64,000 bases of DNA, taken from contig JAWMAR010000377.1 of NCBI GenBank assembly GCA_036785375.1, forward strand, positions 1,736,001-1,800,000, read 5' to 3'. The position numbers were made by a program, and so were the translations under genes. Within the stretch, counting starts at the first letter, position 1. Each line of letters opens with the position of its first letter. A model generated the notes under the pieces. That model saw only the letters and a list, made by a program, of their open reading frames with translations. It did not search any database and was not told the DNA's origin. This document shows, one piece after another, positions 1 through 12,885 of the stretch. The DNA is from Leucoraja ocellata (taxonomy: Eukaryota).

Positions 1-1635
1 GCCTAATATTTTCCAAACGTAGTGTCTCGGACATGTTTGCAATCCACATCTTCGCTGTAGGGACTGTTGTCTGTTTCCAAAATGTAAGTATTAGTTTTTT
101 TGCCGTTATTAGGCCATAGTTAAGGAAACGTCTTTGAAATAATGTTAGCTCAGAACAGGCTTCTGACGTACCTAGTGTGATCAATTCTATGTCGGGGTCC
201 AATTTTATTTTAAGTATTTTAGAAAAATATCAAAAATTCCCCTCCAGAAGTTGTGTAACTTTATACAGGAAGCAAAGGAATGGGTTATGGTTGCTTCTTG
301 GAGGAGACATTTATCACAAATAGGGGAGACATTTGCGAAGATCTTATTCAATTTAGACTTTGAGTAATAAAGTCTATGCAGTATTTTAAATTGTATTAGC
401 GAGTGCCTAACATTAAGAGAACAGTTATGTATATATAGAAGGCTTTCCTCCCAACTATGTTTTAAAATTGTTAGTCCCAGTTCATCTTCCCAAGCTCGCC
501 TAATTATTTCCGATGATGGAGTTTGTAAATTTAAAAGGGTATTATAAAGGTACGATATTAACTTATTTGAATCCGACTTTCTATTCATGCATTCATCTAG
601 TATGTCTGGAAACATATATTGAGTCTTGTGTGTGTGATTTCACATACTCGTATTTGAAGATATCTAAAGTATTATCTACCTTTCAAATGGTATTTTGACT
701 GTAATTCTTGAAATGAGAGGAGAGTCCCCATCTCATAAAGGTCTCCCAGCTTTTTAATTCCTAAGCTTTCCCATTGTATAAACGCCATTTCTAAAGTAGA
801 CCATTTAAACGAGGGATTATTGCCGATTGGTAAGAGGAGAGATAAATTTCTCAATTTAAGGGTTGATTTCACCTGTTTCCAGATTCGTAAGGTGCTATGG
901 ATTATCGTATTTTTCTTATATGCTGATTTCTCCAGATTTATTGGAGAGAGAAGATTCGCGACTATATTAAAAGGCAAACAATCTTCCCTCTCCATTATTA
1001 GCCAATTTAGCTGTTGGCATGTTTCGTCCATCCAATAGATTACATTTTTAATATTCAATATACAATACCGTTTATTCGTCATTTCGTTGCCCAGTAATAA
1101 TTAAAACAATTAGGGAAAGCCAGTCCGCAAATTTCTTTAGGTTTACATAAATGTCGTTTATGAATTCTGTGTCTTTTGTAATCCCAGATAACGTTTGTGA
1201 TCACAGAATCGAGTTGGTTTTTTTTAATTTAGGGTGAAAATTCGGTATTGATTGAAATAGGTACAGGATTTGTGGAAGGAAGATCATCTATATGGCACTT
1301 ATTCTACCTATAAGGGAGATCGGAAGTGTTTTCCAAAATTGAATAAGGGCATTTAATTTGGTGATTAATGGTGGAAAATTTGCTTGAAATAAAGAAGGGT
1401 ATTTTCCAGTCACGTAAACACCAAGATATTTAAATTTTTCCGTAGCAATTCTAAAGGGAAATTTTAGAAGGTGTGTTGGGTCTTGAGGTTTTATAGACAT
1501 AATTTCACTATTGTTCCAGTTTATTTTATACCCTGAAAAGGAACCAAATTCTTCTATAATATTTAGTATGTTTGGAATACTAAATTGGGAGTTGGTAATA
1601 TATAATAGTACGTCTGCATACAGCGATATCTTATT
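1..1635 (-). mobile_element. Decayed L1-clade LINE ORF2 fragment (RT C-terminus to Cys-rich C-terminus)
   Basis: Minus-strand frames give LYAD(V)LLYI...FGSFSGYKINW, FKYLGVYVT, LPISLIGRISAI and QFKILHRLYYS...CDKC...H...C, all typical of L1 ORF2. Broken by stops and frameshifts. Confidence 0.9.
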
Positions 1636-1679
1636 ATTAGAATATTTAGTATTATAGAATTCAGTAGGTTGACAGGAGG

Positions 1680-2312
1680 TGTACGGTTGAGTTGGGTGAG
1701 CGAGTTGAATAGAAATAAAATGAGTTGACAGCTCTATAAAACGTTGTTAAGGCTGCATTTGGAATATTGTGAGCAATTTTGGGCACCTTATCAGAGGAAG
1801 GATGTGCTGACTCTGGAGAGGATCCAGAGGAGGTTTACAAGAACAATCCAAGGAAAGAGTAGGTTAACCTATGATCAGCGTTTGTCAGCACTGGGCCTGT
1901 ACTCGATGGAGTTTAGATGAATGAGGGGAGACCTCATTGAAATATACAGAATAGTGATAGGCTTGGATAGAGTGGATGTGGAGAGGATGTTTGCACTAGT
2001 TGGAAAATTTAGGACTAGAGGTCATAGCCTCAGAATTAAAGGACGTTCTTTTACGAAGGATATGAGGAGAAATATATTTAGGCAGAGTGGTGAATCTGTG
2101 GAATTCTTTGCCACAAAAGGCTGTGGAGGCCATCAGTGGATATTTATAAGGTAGAGATAGATGGATTCTTGATTAGTACAGGTGTCAGAGATTATGGGAA
2201 GAAGGCAGGAGAATGGGGTTAGGAGAGATAGATCAGCCATGATTGAATGGTGGAGTAGACTTGATGGGCCGAATGGCCTAATTCTACTCCTGTTACATGA
2301 CCTTATGACCTT
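1680..2312 (+). mobile_element. CR1-clade (HER1-like) LINE 3' fragment
   Basis: Translates to LYKTL..LHLEYC.QFWAP, IQRRFTR, MRGDLIEIY and RTRGHSLRI. Ends in the 3' tail gatcagccatgattgaatgg...gggccgaatggcct with short terminal repeats. Confidence 0.9.
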
Positions 2313-4002
2313 ATACCATGAAGGCAATTCATAATGTGTAACTGTAATCAAAGGTGGATTCAATACAAGATTTGAATTTCAATTGGAATCCTTGAGGAAG
2401 GGGTTTCATCCATAGTTGCTCAGAGAAGAGATGTGGTTCTGAAAGGAAGATTTGATAGGACATCATCCAAGAATAGAAACAAATTGGTGTTTTCTAGCTT
2501 TATGCCGAAGACACACCTGGACAATTTTCCACTTAGCTGGGTGCATGCCAAAATTACAGCTGCACTGGAACAGCCCAGCTGGAAGTCTGGTTCATTCTAG
2601 AGCACAGGCCTTTATGACAGCTGAAATCTAGTTAGAGTGTAGAATTATTGCTACATCCTAATATAATGTGGGGTGAATTTAATTGTCTGATGTCTATTTC
2701 TCTTAGCGGAGATGACAAGAAGGAAGCATAGGTTAAGGAAGCTGGTAGAAGAATGAGTGGAGAGATGAGAATTTATTTTCCACCTAACATGTAATCTTGT
2801 TTTCTTTGCACGAGTACTGCTGGATGACCTGCTGAGGAATTCAAGCATTTTCTATTTTAGAATCAAATGATTTGCCATTAATGTTTAATTCACAGTCACT
2901 TTTCTTCCAAGCATGCCCTGGTTAAGAAATTGACCTTTTCACTGTTTTAGGTACTTACAGAACAGAAAGTGACCTTTCATCCCATGGACTGTGGAATAAT
3001 AAAAGAGGCCAAGGGGAAATAAATTAAATTGGATTGAAGTCAGAATTCAAAGTCAAAGATGACCAAAACCTCAGGATACTGTTTGCAGATGACATAAGGG
3101 CGTTATACAAAATGGTCAATCGATTACTGTTTCACCTTCCCAATGTAGAGGCAATCACATCGTTCACCATAAATACTGCATAATAAAATGAGAGTACAAA
3201 TATATTATTATTGTTTCACATTGGAATTATTGCCTTGTAAAAGAGAAAGGGGGAGGTGTCCTACCTCCTGCACTGCACTCGTTCTTTGCAGTTATGAGAG
3301 AGGAGAGTAAGTTTTACTGTTTTTTGACAGATGATCCTCATGCAGGGAGACATGGTAATAGTCTATCAAATAATTCATGCTCTGGCCCACAGATTTCCCC
3401 ACATGCATTATCACAGCTATAACCTAGAAAATCTTATAAACATGAAAAATATGATACTTCAACCACGATATGAAGCCAGAATCAATATAGTCTATTATGA
3501 AGCACGTTGATTGAAAATGTGATGTTTTTACTTCAGACTTCCAGAATTCTTACTTCCATCTGTAATTTCAGATAATTATTCTGCTTCCAGTATCACAGCT
3601 GACCTGTTGTCCCATTTTACCCTTTTTTCACCTTGCACTTCTTTTATCATTTTATGTCTACTGCCTTTCGCCTGATCACAGATTTCTCCTTTTGATTGCC
3701 GCTTCCCCTCTCCTTTCTCTGCATTTCAAGTCGTCATTATCTCAACTAGGAACAGTTCTGATAAAAGGACAATAACCTGAAATATTGACCCCATTCTTCT
3801 ACCCTCAGATGCTGCCTACCTTGCACCTGCTGATTACATCAGATAAATGTGCAAGGTGGTTCGTCAAAAGCAGCGTTAACATGTAGTACAGGAAGCTAAA
3901 GGAAAATAAATGTTATGTTTGCTTTTATCCAAGGGAATAAGAGCATAGAAGTCATACTGCGATTGTAAAAGGCTTCTATGAGACCATACCTGGAATACTC
4001 AT

Positions 4003-4147
4003 GTGTTGGAAGGAACTACAGATGCTGGTTTAAGCCGATGATAGGCACAAAAAGCTGGAGTAACTTTGGAAAAAGGAATGGATGATGTTTCGAGTCGAGA
4101 TCCTTCTTGTCTCAAGAAGGGTCTCGACCCGAAACGTCACTCATTCT
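4003..4147. mobile_element. Inverted pair of Penelope-derived short repeats with hammerhead-like core, inserted in an old CR1 fragment
   Basis: A minus copy (4003-4110) abuts a plus copy aagaagggtctcgacccgaaacgtcac (4114-4140). The same motif recurs many times in the window. Confidence 0.75.
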
Positions 4148-4361
4148 GGAATATTCTTTGCAGGTTTGGTCTCGCTACCTAAACGAGGTATACTTGTATT
4201 GCAGAATTTGAAGTCCAAATTAGCTTGAGTGATTTATGGGATAAGGGGTTGTCCAATGAGGAGGTTTATTCAAAAGTTGGTTGTAATGAAATTTACTTGA
4301 AAATAGAGATGCGTGAGGGCAGATTAATTTAAGCTGTTTAAAATTATGACATTTTATTATA

Positions 4362-6047
4362 CAGGTGCACAACCTTTTATCCGAAGTTCCAAATAACAAA
4401 AACCTCCGAATAGCGACATTTTTTCAGTCCTTGAAGAAAGGTCCTTGAAAACGTTCACCGAGGGCGGCCCGCAGAGGTGACAGCGGAACCTCCGGTCGGT
4501 CCTCGAAGAAAGGGGAACTAAATCCCCATTGATAAAAGAGAAGGTGAGGGTATATTGCGCGGGAGGGTTAATAATTGACAATTTGCTGCTGCCTGCCCGC
4601 TCAGTTAAAAAGTTCCCACGGTAGACTCATGATACACAGTGTATCGTGAGTCTTGCATGAGAACTTTTTAACTCAGCGTGCAGGCAGCAGCAAATTGTCG
4701 CTCCCTTAAGTTTCACCCCACCTACACCCCTCTGCTTCCAGGCCATGTGTGTGACCCCTTCCCTCCCCTCTCCAGCTCCCCGCCCATTGCACCGGCGCGG
4801 GGGGTTTGCACTGTCTTCACGTCGGAGCTAGTGCCAATCACCGGAGACGTCAGGACCAACGGGACACCGGCCCCCAGGCCCACTGCAAGCGCGGAGATCC
4901 CAGAGACCCACAGCCAGCAGCAGCCCAGCCCCGTTCCAATTCCAGAGGAACACGCTCCCCGTAGGGACAGAAGCTGATGGTGTGCAAAGTACGTCTTGGT
5001 CTTGGGGTTGCGGATGAGGGGGCGCAGCTCGGGCTGTGACGTCTCCGGCCACCCCCCTGTACAGGAGCTGAGACTGGGAACTGTGGGGTTGTTTGCAGTT
5101 GCAGAGGGAGGGGGCAAGGGCGGTACAGTTCCCAGTCTCAGCTCCATTCCAGGGGGGTGACCGGAGACGTCAGGACCAACGGGACACCGACTGCAAGCAC
5201 AGAGATCCCAGAGACTCACAGCCAGCAGCAACTCTAGCCCAGCCCCGCTCCAACTCCAGAGGAACCCGGGTTGCAGATGAGGGGGCGCAGCTCGGGCTCT
5301 GGGCGAAGTGCCACTTGTCGCTGTAGCGGCCCATCGGGGAGCGGGTTGCTGTTGGTCCTGACGTCTCCGGCCACCCCCCTGGACAGGAGCTGAGAGACGT
5401 CAGGACCACCAGAAGCCACTCCCCGATGCGCCGCTACAGCGACAAGTGGCAGTTCGCCCACAGCCCGAGCTGCGCCCCCTCATCGGGACACCGACTCCCA
5501 GGCCCACTGCATGCACGGAGATCCCAGAGACTCACAGCCAGCAGCAACTCTAGCCCAGCCCCGCTCCAACTCCAGAGGAACCCGGGTTGCGGATGAGGGG
5601 CGCAGCTCGGGCTGTGGGCGAACTGCCACTTGTCGCCGTAGCGGCCCATCGGGGAGCGGATTCCTCTGGAGTTGGAGGGACAGGGAGACACAGCGGCTTT
5701 TGAGAATGGTGGGCAATCACTTCCAAAGTTCTGCCCACACAGTCAGTACACCTCTCCTACACTTGTCTCCCGCACTAAGATTATCTCGCAGAGAATGATC
5801 CCAGCCTAACCCTCCCTATTCTCTCCTATTCTGCAAAAAAAAACTACATTGAAGACTCAAACTCGCGATCGAGTAACTACCGGGATCGAGGCGCAAACTC
5901 GCGACCTTGCGGATATGAGCCGAGCACTCTACCACTGAGCCAGCCGTTAAAATCTACGCTAAAAATCTTCCATTCCGAAAGCCGAAAAATTCTGAATTAC
6001 GAAAAGTGTCTGGTCCCAAGGCTTTCGGATAAAAGGTTGTGCACCTG
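4362..6047. mobile_element. Non-autonomous Tc1/mariner-superfamily (Tigger/pogo-like) DNA transposon
   Basis: Perfect 24-bp TIR caggtgcacaaccttttatccgaa with TA on both sides (4360-61, 6048-49). Interior has a palindrome, GC-rich repeats and no transposase. Confidence 0.9.
5880..5948 (-). pseudogene. tRNA-derived sequence (Met/CAT-like) inside the MITE
   Basis: Minus strand reads tggctcagtggtagagtgctcggctCATatccgcaaggtcgcgagttt: A-box, D-arm, CAT anticodon loop, variable loop and degenerate T-arm. No acceptor stem seen. Confidence 0.6.
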
Positions 6048-6179
6048 TATAAAAGGGACTAGCAATTTATTATTTGCTATTGGTGGAATATACTGTCAGA
6101 AGGTGCCATGGAAGATTCAATGGTAAATATGACAATAAAAATGAAAAGTATTGAAGTAACAAAACTTGCACAACTAATG

Positions 6180-6399
6180 GGGCTGTCCTCTGATTCGAAC
6201 TCGGGGAATTACGGTAATAGCCGCTCGTGTCTTCCCGAGCTTACCACATTTCCCGAATACTTGGCGTTAGCGTTACGAGCCGCCAAGAGACGTCCCGAGC
6301 TCTGACGTACCCGCTACGTACATTCTACGTGCTTCCACAAGTTTGATTTTTTTTTAACTTGGGAGTTCTTGGTTGAACGCGTACAGTGGGTCAGGCCCT
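6180..6399. mobile_element. Short Harbinger/PIF-like MITE
   Basis: Degenerate gggctgtcc.../...gtgggtcaggccc ends like the other GGCCTGTCCCAC elements. Related fragments lie at ~14615-14905 and ~25615-25795. Confidence 0.5.
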
Positions 6400-7756
6400 T
6401 TGAGGAAAGCTGAAGTAGAGCGAGACAAAGTGGATGTTTCTTACCAAAAGCCAAACAGGCATATTACGGTGTGCAGCTACCTTCTTAAATTTTGGATGAA
6501 CTCCTTAGTAATTACTAACTGACAAGAATGCGAGAAAATAGGAGTAGGCCGCCAAGCACTCAAGTCTGCCTTCCGTGCAATGGCTGATCTATGTTGGCCT
6601 CAACTCTTCTGTGCCAGTTCCTGTAACCCTCAGTTCATAGATCTTTCAAATATTTACCATTTTTATCCTTAAATATATCTCATGATTTGGCCTCCTCCAC
6701 CCTACGAGTCGTAGAGTTCCATCCAATTGAATGTCCTCTGAGAGAAGAATATTCTGTGCTCCTGTTTTAAATAGTGATCCCTTTATTTTGCAGATATGTC
6801 ACCTTGTTTGTAACCCTCTCATTCATGAAAAAATCTATTCTGTCAAGCCCTCTTAGAATCTTATATGTTTGAATGAGAAAGCATATCAGATGGCATAGTC
6901 AGCAAGGTAAGAGTGGTGAAAGATGTTCTGAAGGACAGAGACTGGCAAGTATAAATGCACAGGTAAAGTTCAATAATTTAACCATATCTGATTCACTGCT
7001 ATTTAGTGGATCCATCCACTTGCATCACAATATATATTGTTTGAGAACTTCATAATTTTTTATAGTGATGAAATTAGTTTGTAATATTTCACATTAAAAT
7101 ACAGTAAAATACAGTACTCAATTTGTAATTGGAGTCTTGGTCTCAGTAAACCTTACACAGAGATGGTAGAAACATTACTCATGTTTCAATTTTATAGGCA
7201 ATTTGAAAATCGATTCATAAAAATTAAAACTAATTTTATATTATATTATAAATTAAACTATTGTTTCTACAATATTTTGGAAGAAACAACTGCTGGGATA
7301 GCAAGGTAAAGCTTTGGTTGCTGATCTTGCTCATTATTTAATACTCGACTGAGTTTCTTTTATCTATTAAGTATTAACAAAATGCTATCTATATCTATAT
7401 ATTACTAAAACTCTCATCTTGTTTGTTTGTTCGCATGCATGCATGCATGCGCGCGTGTATGTGATATCCCAAAAAAAACGCCAAAATAGTACACGATAGC
7501 GCTACAATTTATGGCCCACCTTACTCACCATTGTCCTGGGACATAAATGAAACAAATTTTGTTCGGATTTATGTTATATTTTACAAGTTATTGATATTTT
7601 AAACTTTACAAAAACACTTTTCAAACCACTTTTCCACTTGCCCTGCCCGTCAGCCACGTTACAATGATGTCACAATGGGATCCTGAATCTAAAACGTTGT
7701 TTAGTTCAAATTATTTTTTATTTTATTCAAATTCTTCCATTTTCATTAACAGCTTA

Positions 7757-8577
7757 TGAGCCTGTCCCACTTAGGCGACTTTTTAGGCGACTATGCGGTC
7801 GCCACATGGTCGCCACATGTTCGCGGGTGGTTGCCGGGGAGTCGCCTTCATGGTTGTGAGTAGTTCCCGCATTCTCGGAACTAGTCGCGGCTTCATTCTG
7901 GTCGCCGCTAATTTTTCCACATGTTCATTTGCTCATTTTTCAACGTTGAAAAATTAGCGGCAACCAGAATGAAGCCGCGAGAGTAGTGAGAATTCTCATG
8001 CCATAGGTGCAGTGGTAGTGGGTCGCCAGGAGGTCGTAGGTTCTCGTATGTTGTTGCCGGTGCTGACCAGTGACTTTCATTGGCACATTGGGGAAAAAAA
8101 AACGTAAACAGCAGTTTTCAGAACAAAGGATAACCGACCAGTAATGTTAATGTCCGCTGAGCTTCACAGCCGTGTATCTCTGGCTTCTTAAACGTTGTCT
8201 CCACTCCCTCTCCCCACTCAGTCTCCCCCTTCTCCCCCTTCTCCCCCTTCTCCCCCGCCTCTTTTAAAGGACTTAAGTGACCCTTCCCGCACACTGTGCT
8301 TTCACCGTCTTAATTAAATGCCAACCTTCCTGTTCATCGTGGTGTGTGTCCGTATCACAATGGTTTTGCACCGTGTGAATTTCACTCCGACACCGCTCCC
8401 CCCGCTTGCCCTGTCCCCCACCTTCATAACTGGCTGGTGAAGGAAGCGATGTGTGTATGTGTGTGTGTGTGTGTTCCACTCTGACAGTCGCTGGTCCAGT
8501 CGCCGGTTTTTCAGCAACCTGCTACGACTTGACAGTCGTCGGCAGTCGCCTGAAAAATCGCCTGTGGGACAGGCCCA
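7757..8577. mobile_element. Harbinger/PIF-like MITE nested in the Helitron
   Basis: TIRs gcctgtcccac...aggcga / tcgcct..gtgggacaggc. Internal inverted repeat at ~7884-7980. Confidence 0.75.
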
Positions 8578-8639
8578 CAACATTGTGTTTTGGTTATTTT
8601 AAAGAAAAAAACATGATTTTCATTGTGGTGGGGTGCGAT

Positions 8640-9055
8640 AGGGGGAAGTAAGGAGTGGAGGAGCAGGGGATAGAGGGAGAGGAGGGGGGTAGGGAGGGGA
8701 GAGGGAGGGGGACGTGGGGGAGGTGAGGAGGGAGAGTGGTGGAGGAGGGGGGGGATAGAGGGAGAGGAAGGGCAGTGGGGGAGGTGAGGAGGGAGAGTGG
8801 GGGAGTAGGGTATGGGGAAGGTGAGGGGTGGGGGGAGCAGGGAGATAGAGGGGGTAGGGAGGGGAGAAGTGTTATTGAGTGAGGGAGGGAGTGACTGAGG
8901 GTATGGAAAGGAGAGGGAGGGAGAGGTGAGGGAGGAAGTGGAGAGAGGAGGCGAGGGGAAAGAAGAGGGAGAGTGAAGAGGAGGGGGAGGGAGTGCTGGG
9001 GATGAGGGGGAATGGAGGAGGAAGAGGGATGGCGAGGCACAGTTGGGGGAGGGTT
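8640..9055 (+). repeat. G/A-rich low-complexity tract
   Basis: About 400 bp of almost pure purine with many GGG-GGGGG runs. Confidence 0.9.
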
Positions 9056-11377
9056 GACGTGACTCGCGTCACAACGGGGATCTCTGACATCACAACAGGA
9101 ACCCCTCAGCCGGGCCTGCGCAGTTGGGGGCTATGGGTCAGTGGTGGAATATTGCCTTGGGGGACGAGCCCAATGGGCCCGCACCTGATCTAGTACACTT
9201 ATAAACTTTCGCAAAACCAAACTTGTGAATTATAATGATTTACAAATTCTATTGAGAAAATAACTAGTTTCGCTTTGTAAAGTTATTAGTAATTTTCATA
9301 TAACCTCTTATATTAAACTCACGTTATCCTTCAGGAACCTTTGATAGTTATCATTTCTCTCCAAACTGCTAAGAGTGTTCAACAGAATATTTTATTCAGA
9401 TGTATCTATAATTTTCCTCAGCAAATACTTTTTTTTCCCAAGAATACATATGGAAATTCTTACGATATAAAAAAATAATCAAGGGTTTTATATATAAACT
9501 TCCATCTGTTCAGCTTCACGAGCATTTTAAAAGGACAATAAGATTATTTGGGACCCTGGGAACTCAAAGCTCATCTATTGCTTATGCTGAAATTGAGCAG
9601 CAGAATAGACAGACTAACAGCATTTATCTTTGAATACTACATTTAAATTAACAAATCTATTAAAACATCCTTCCAGTTGTATATAAATAAATATTTCTCA
9701 TGAAAGAAGAAAGGCAGGTGTAGAAGGCTACAAACCCAAATTCCTCATTGATAGTACCCTTGATCAGCGTTGATTGAACTATATTATTTCAGGATCATAG
9801 TACAATTACCATGACAACGATATGAACTGGCAACTGCAGCTACCACCAGATTAATCTACAACTTCATAATAGATCAATCTTATTGCTAAATAAGAAGAAT
9901 TTCTTATAAATAGCTTCTGTATGCAACTTAAAATATTTAACAATTTTAATTTATCATTAATTTGTATTCTTCAGAAAATGCATTGGCATTGTGCATTATT
10001 TCCAGTGGGTATGTCTTATATCAAATGGTTTTAAATGCATTATACACATTCATTACAATATTCATAAAGGTAAAGATCTGGATTCATTCGTGCCCCAGTA
10101 GTAATTCATGCCCCAGCTCAGATAATATACGAGACCAACATTCGAATGTGAAAATGCAGCCAGAAATTGCCATGTTCTACAAAAATCTATTACACATCAC
10201 TTCAAGAGCAACAGAATGTTGTAATAAAGAAACTGTGCTATAGTCAAATCATAAAATGCAGTAGTGAATTATATCTGCACTTACCAGAACCAGCAGCTTC
10301 TTTCAGCACAACACCCTTTTCTCTACAGCCATCCATGCAAAATAATCAGCAGCTGCACACCGGGGCTTATCCCATCCCCCCCCCAAACCCTGCCCAGGCA
10401 CTTCATATGGTATCTTCCTAATTAGAAAGCTCCAATGCACAAGTCTTATCTTCCAGGTGTCACAGAACTGAACAGGGATGTAGGATACAGGATCTGCATA
10501 CAGGGGTAAAGTGAACAATGATCACTATATTCCAACAAGAAAAGATCTCAATAGATAACCCATATGGACCAGCAGTGCAGGCTGACCAACATCAAATGGT
10601 AAAAAGGTGTGAGTAAACTGCGGAATATATTCTATAACAACAGGATTTCATGATCTTCAGTATTTATGCGCCTACATCTTAGAATTAATATCCAATGTTT
10701 AACAAAATATATTTTTGAATAATCAAAAGAAATTAGTTGAAAATTAAAATATATCTTAAACAATAAGGCAATGCACCTTGCACTGAAACAACAATTTTCA
10801 TCATTTTAACACAGTAAAGTAAATTGTATGGTCTAGTACTCTGCAGAAATCTGTTCCCTTACTGTGATATCAACTGGGAAATTAAATTTAAAAATCAACC
10901 CAAAATATTGCAACTGAACCATTCTCAAAACTATTGTGCCATATTTGATTTGTTTTAATTGCCAGTATGTTTATTTGTAGTTATTAGTATTATTAATAAG
11001 TATGACAATAAATAAATACGAAAAATCACGATATATCAAAAGCAACCAAAATAATTTATTAAGCTTTCAAGGTCAAAGCATAACCAGGGAAAAAAGAAAA
11101 GGGTGACAACTAACACTATTTCACTTAACTGTGGAATAAAATGCTGGAGGCAACCCTACTCGACTTGATCAACCCTACTGCTTTATTTATTGAACCATCA
11201 TTTATGCCATAAGGAAATAAGGATTTTTTCAATCCAGGATTTCAATGATGCACATAAAATTAAAGCATAGCAATATTTGAATAACCTATTATTTGACATG
11301 TTCAATGCTCAGTTTGCTCTTCACAATAATCAATAGATCCTACTGCCTGATGAGTAATGCATGTATTAAGCTCCTAA

Positions 11378-12523
11378 AGCCCCTGACCCACTATGGTGAT
11401 TTTTTTCGGCGACACCCGGCTGTTTTCACATGGTCACGGGGTGACGCCTGTATGGTCGTGAGTAGTCTCCTAAAGTCGCCTAAAGAGTCGTAACGTTTTT
11501 CTGGTCACCGCGGGATTTTTAAATTTTCCAATTTTTTTTTCCGACTGTGGACTAAAGGGCCTGTCCCACGAGCATGCGCCTGCATGTGGCAAGCGCGACC
11601 AAACCGGAAGCGGGGGCCGCACGTGTGTCGCGCGGAGGTCAAGTGATCCCCGTACAGGGCCGATCCCACCAGCATGCGACTGCATGCAGCGAGCGTGACC
11701 AAACCAGAAGCGGGGGCCGCGCGGAGATCGCGTGAGTGACGTGAAGTTCGAGCGAAGTCTGCGGGAAGTTTGCGTTAGGCGTACGCCATTAAGATGCTGC
11801 GTACGGTGTCGAGACGGTGCTCATTACTCATCAAGCCGTTGCCGCACGGAATTTTTGAACACTGTCAGTTTTCCAGAGCCCCGCGCGATGTCGGGACCAG
11901 CTCCGCACAACTCCAAACGGCTCCGGCGATTGAAGTGGGACCGGCCTCGTGAGGCCGTACGGCTCAAGCGACCACGTTAGGTCGCGCTTGCCTCGTGCAG
12001 TCGCATGCTCGTGGGACAGGCCCTTTAACGTAACTTGTCTTCTGCTGTCGTAGGTGCTGTCATAGGTTGTCGCCATGATGACGCAGGTTGTCGCCGGGTG
12101 TTGTTGGTTGTCGCCGGGTGCTGACTTTGGTGAATTCTATTGGTGACTACCTACGTCAACCTATGTCAACCGGCGACAGGTACCGGCGACTGAATTGTCT
12201 TCAGATGTCTTCAGTTGTTGCCGACAGGGTCATTGCTTGTCATAGCTTGTCACAGGTGGACATAGGTTGTTTTTGGTTGTCGTAGGTTGTCACCTGTGTG
12301 GTTGTAGGTTGTCGTAGGTATGGTCATAGATGGACATCCAAATGGGTCGCCGGTTGTCGTTAATTTGCCGTAGCTTGACGTCGACTAGGTGATAGGTTGT
12401 CATAGCTTGTCGTAGACATTGTCGTTGGGGGGGGGGGTCCAGTCATCGCTTTTTCGGCGACCTGCTATGACTGTGACAGTTGCCAGCAGTCGCCGAAAAA
12501 ATCGCCCAAGTGAGACAGGCCCT
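11378..12523. mobile_element. Harbinger/PIF-like MITE with TAA TSD
   Basis: taa|agcccctgacccact...tgagacaggccct|taa, with subterminal ttttttcggcgac/gtcgccgaaaaaa and many (g)ttgtcg repeats. Confidence 0.8.
11556..12024. mobile_element. Second Harbinger/PIF-like MITE nested in the first
   Basis: TIR agggcctgtcccacgagcatgcg / cgcatgctcgtgggacaggccct, flanked by taa and tta. Confidence 0.85.
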
Positions 12524-12584
12524 TAACAAATTCATTAGTGAGGTGTGCATGGACTGGTTATTTGCAGGCAAGGGTAATTTTAGG

Positions 12585-12885
12585 GTTTAGTTTAGTTTAG
12601 TTTAATGAAACAGGCCCTTCAGCCCACTGAATCCCGAGTGCATCCTAAATATTGATCACCCATTCACTCTCGCTCTATATTATCCCACTTTTGTATCATC
12701 TTCTGGCCAATTAACATACAAACCCACACATCTTTGGGATGTGGGAGTAAATCAGAGCACCCATAGAAAGCCCATGCAGTCACAGGGAGAACGTGCAAAC
12801 TCCACACCGACAGCAACCAAGGTCAGGATCGAACATGAGTGTCTGGTGCTGTGAGGCAGCAGCTTACCCGCTCTTCCACTGTGCT
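12585..12885 (-). mobile_element. tRNA-derived HE1-like SINE
   Basis: Reverse complement shows A/B boxes (gttcgatcc), the central V-SINE-like domain and a CR1-type tail ending in (aaact)n. Confidence 0.8.

Larger units (their letters stand above)
7388..9193 (+). mobile_element. Non-autonomous Helitron-like element
   Basis: Starts a|TCTATATCTATATATTACTAAAA and ends with the subterminal hairpin gcccaatgggc followed by CTAG|t (A/T insertion site, no TSD). Carries a nested MITE and a purine-rich tract. Confidence 0.7.

Noticed and set aside
4678-5798. Many overlapping ORFs
   Set aside because: By-product of GC-rich repeats inside a MITE; no recognisable domain.
8594-9093. Pro/Ser/Leu-rich ORFs (also 14906-15406 and 28684-29225)
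   Set aside because: Translations of low-complexity purine/pyrimidine tracts.
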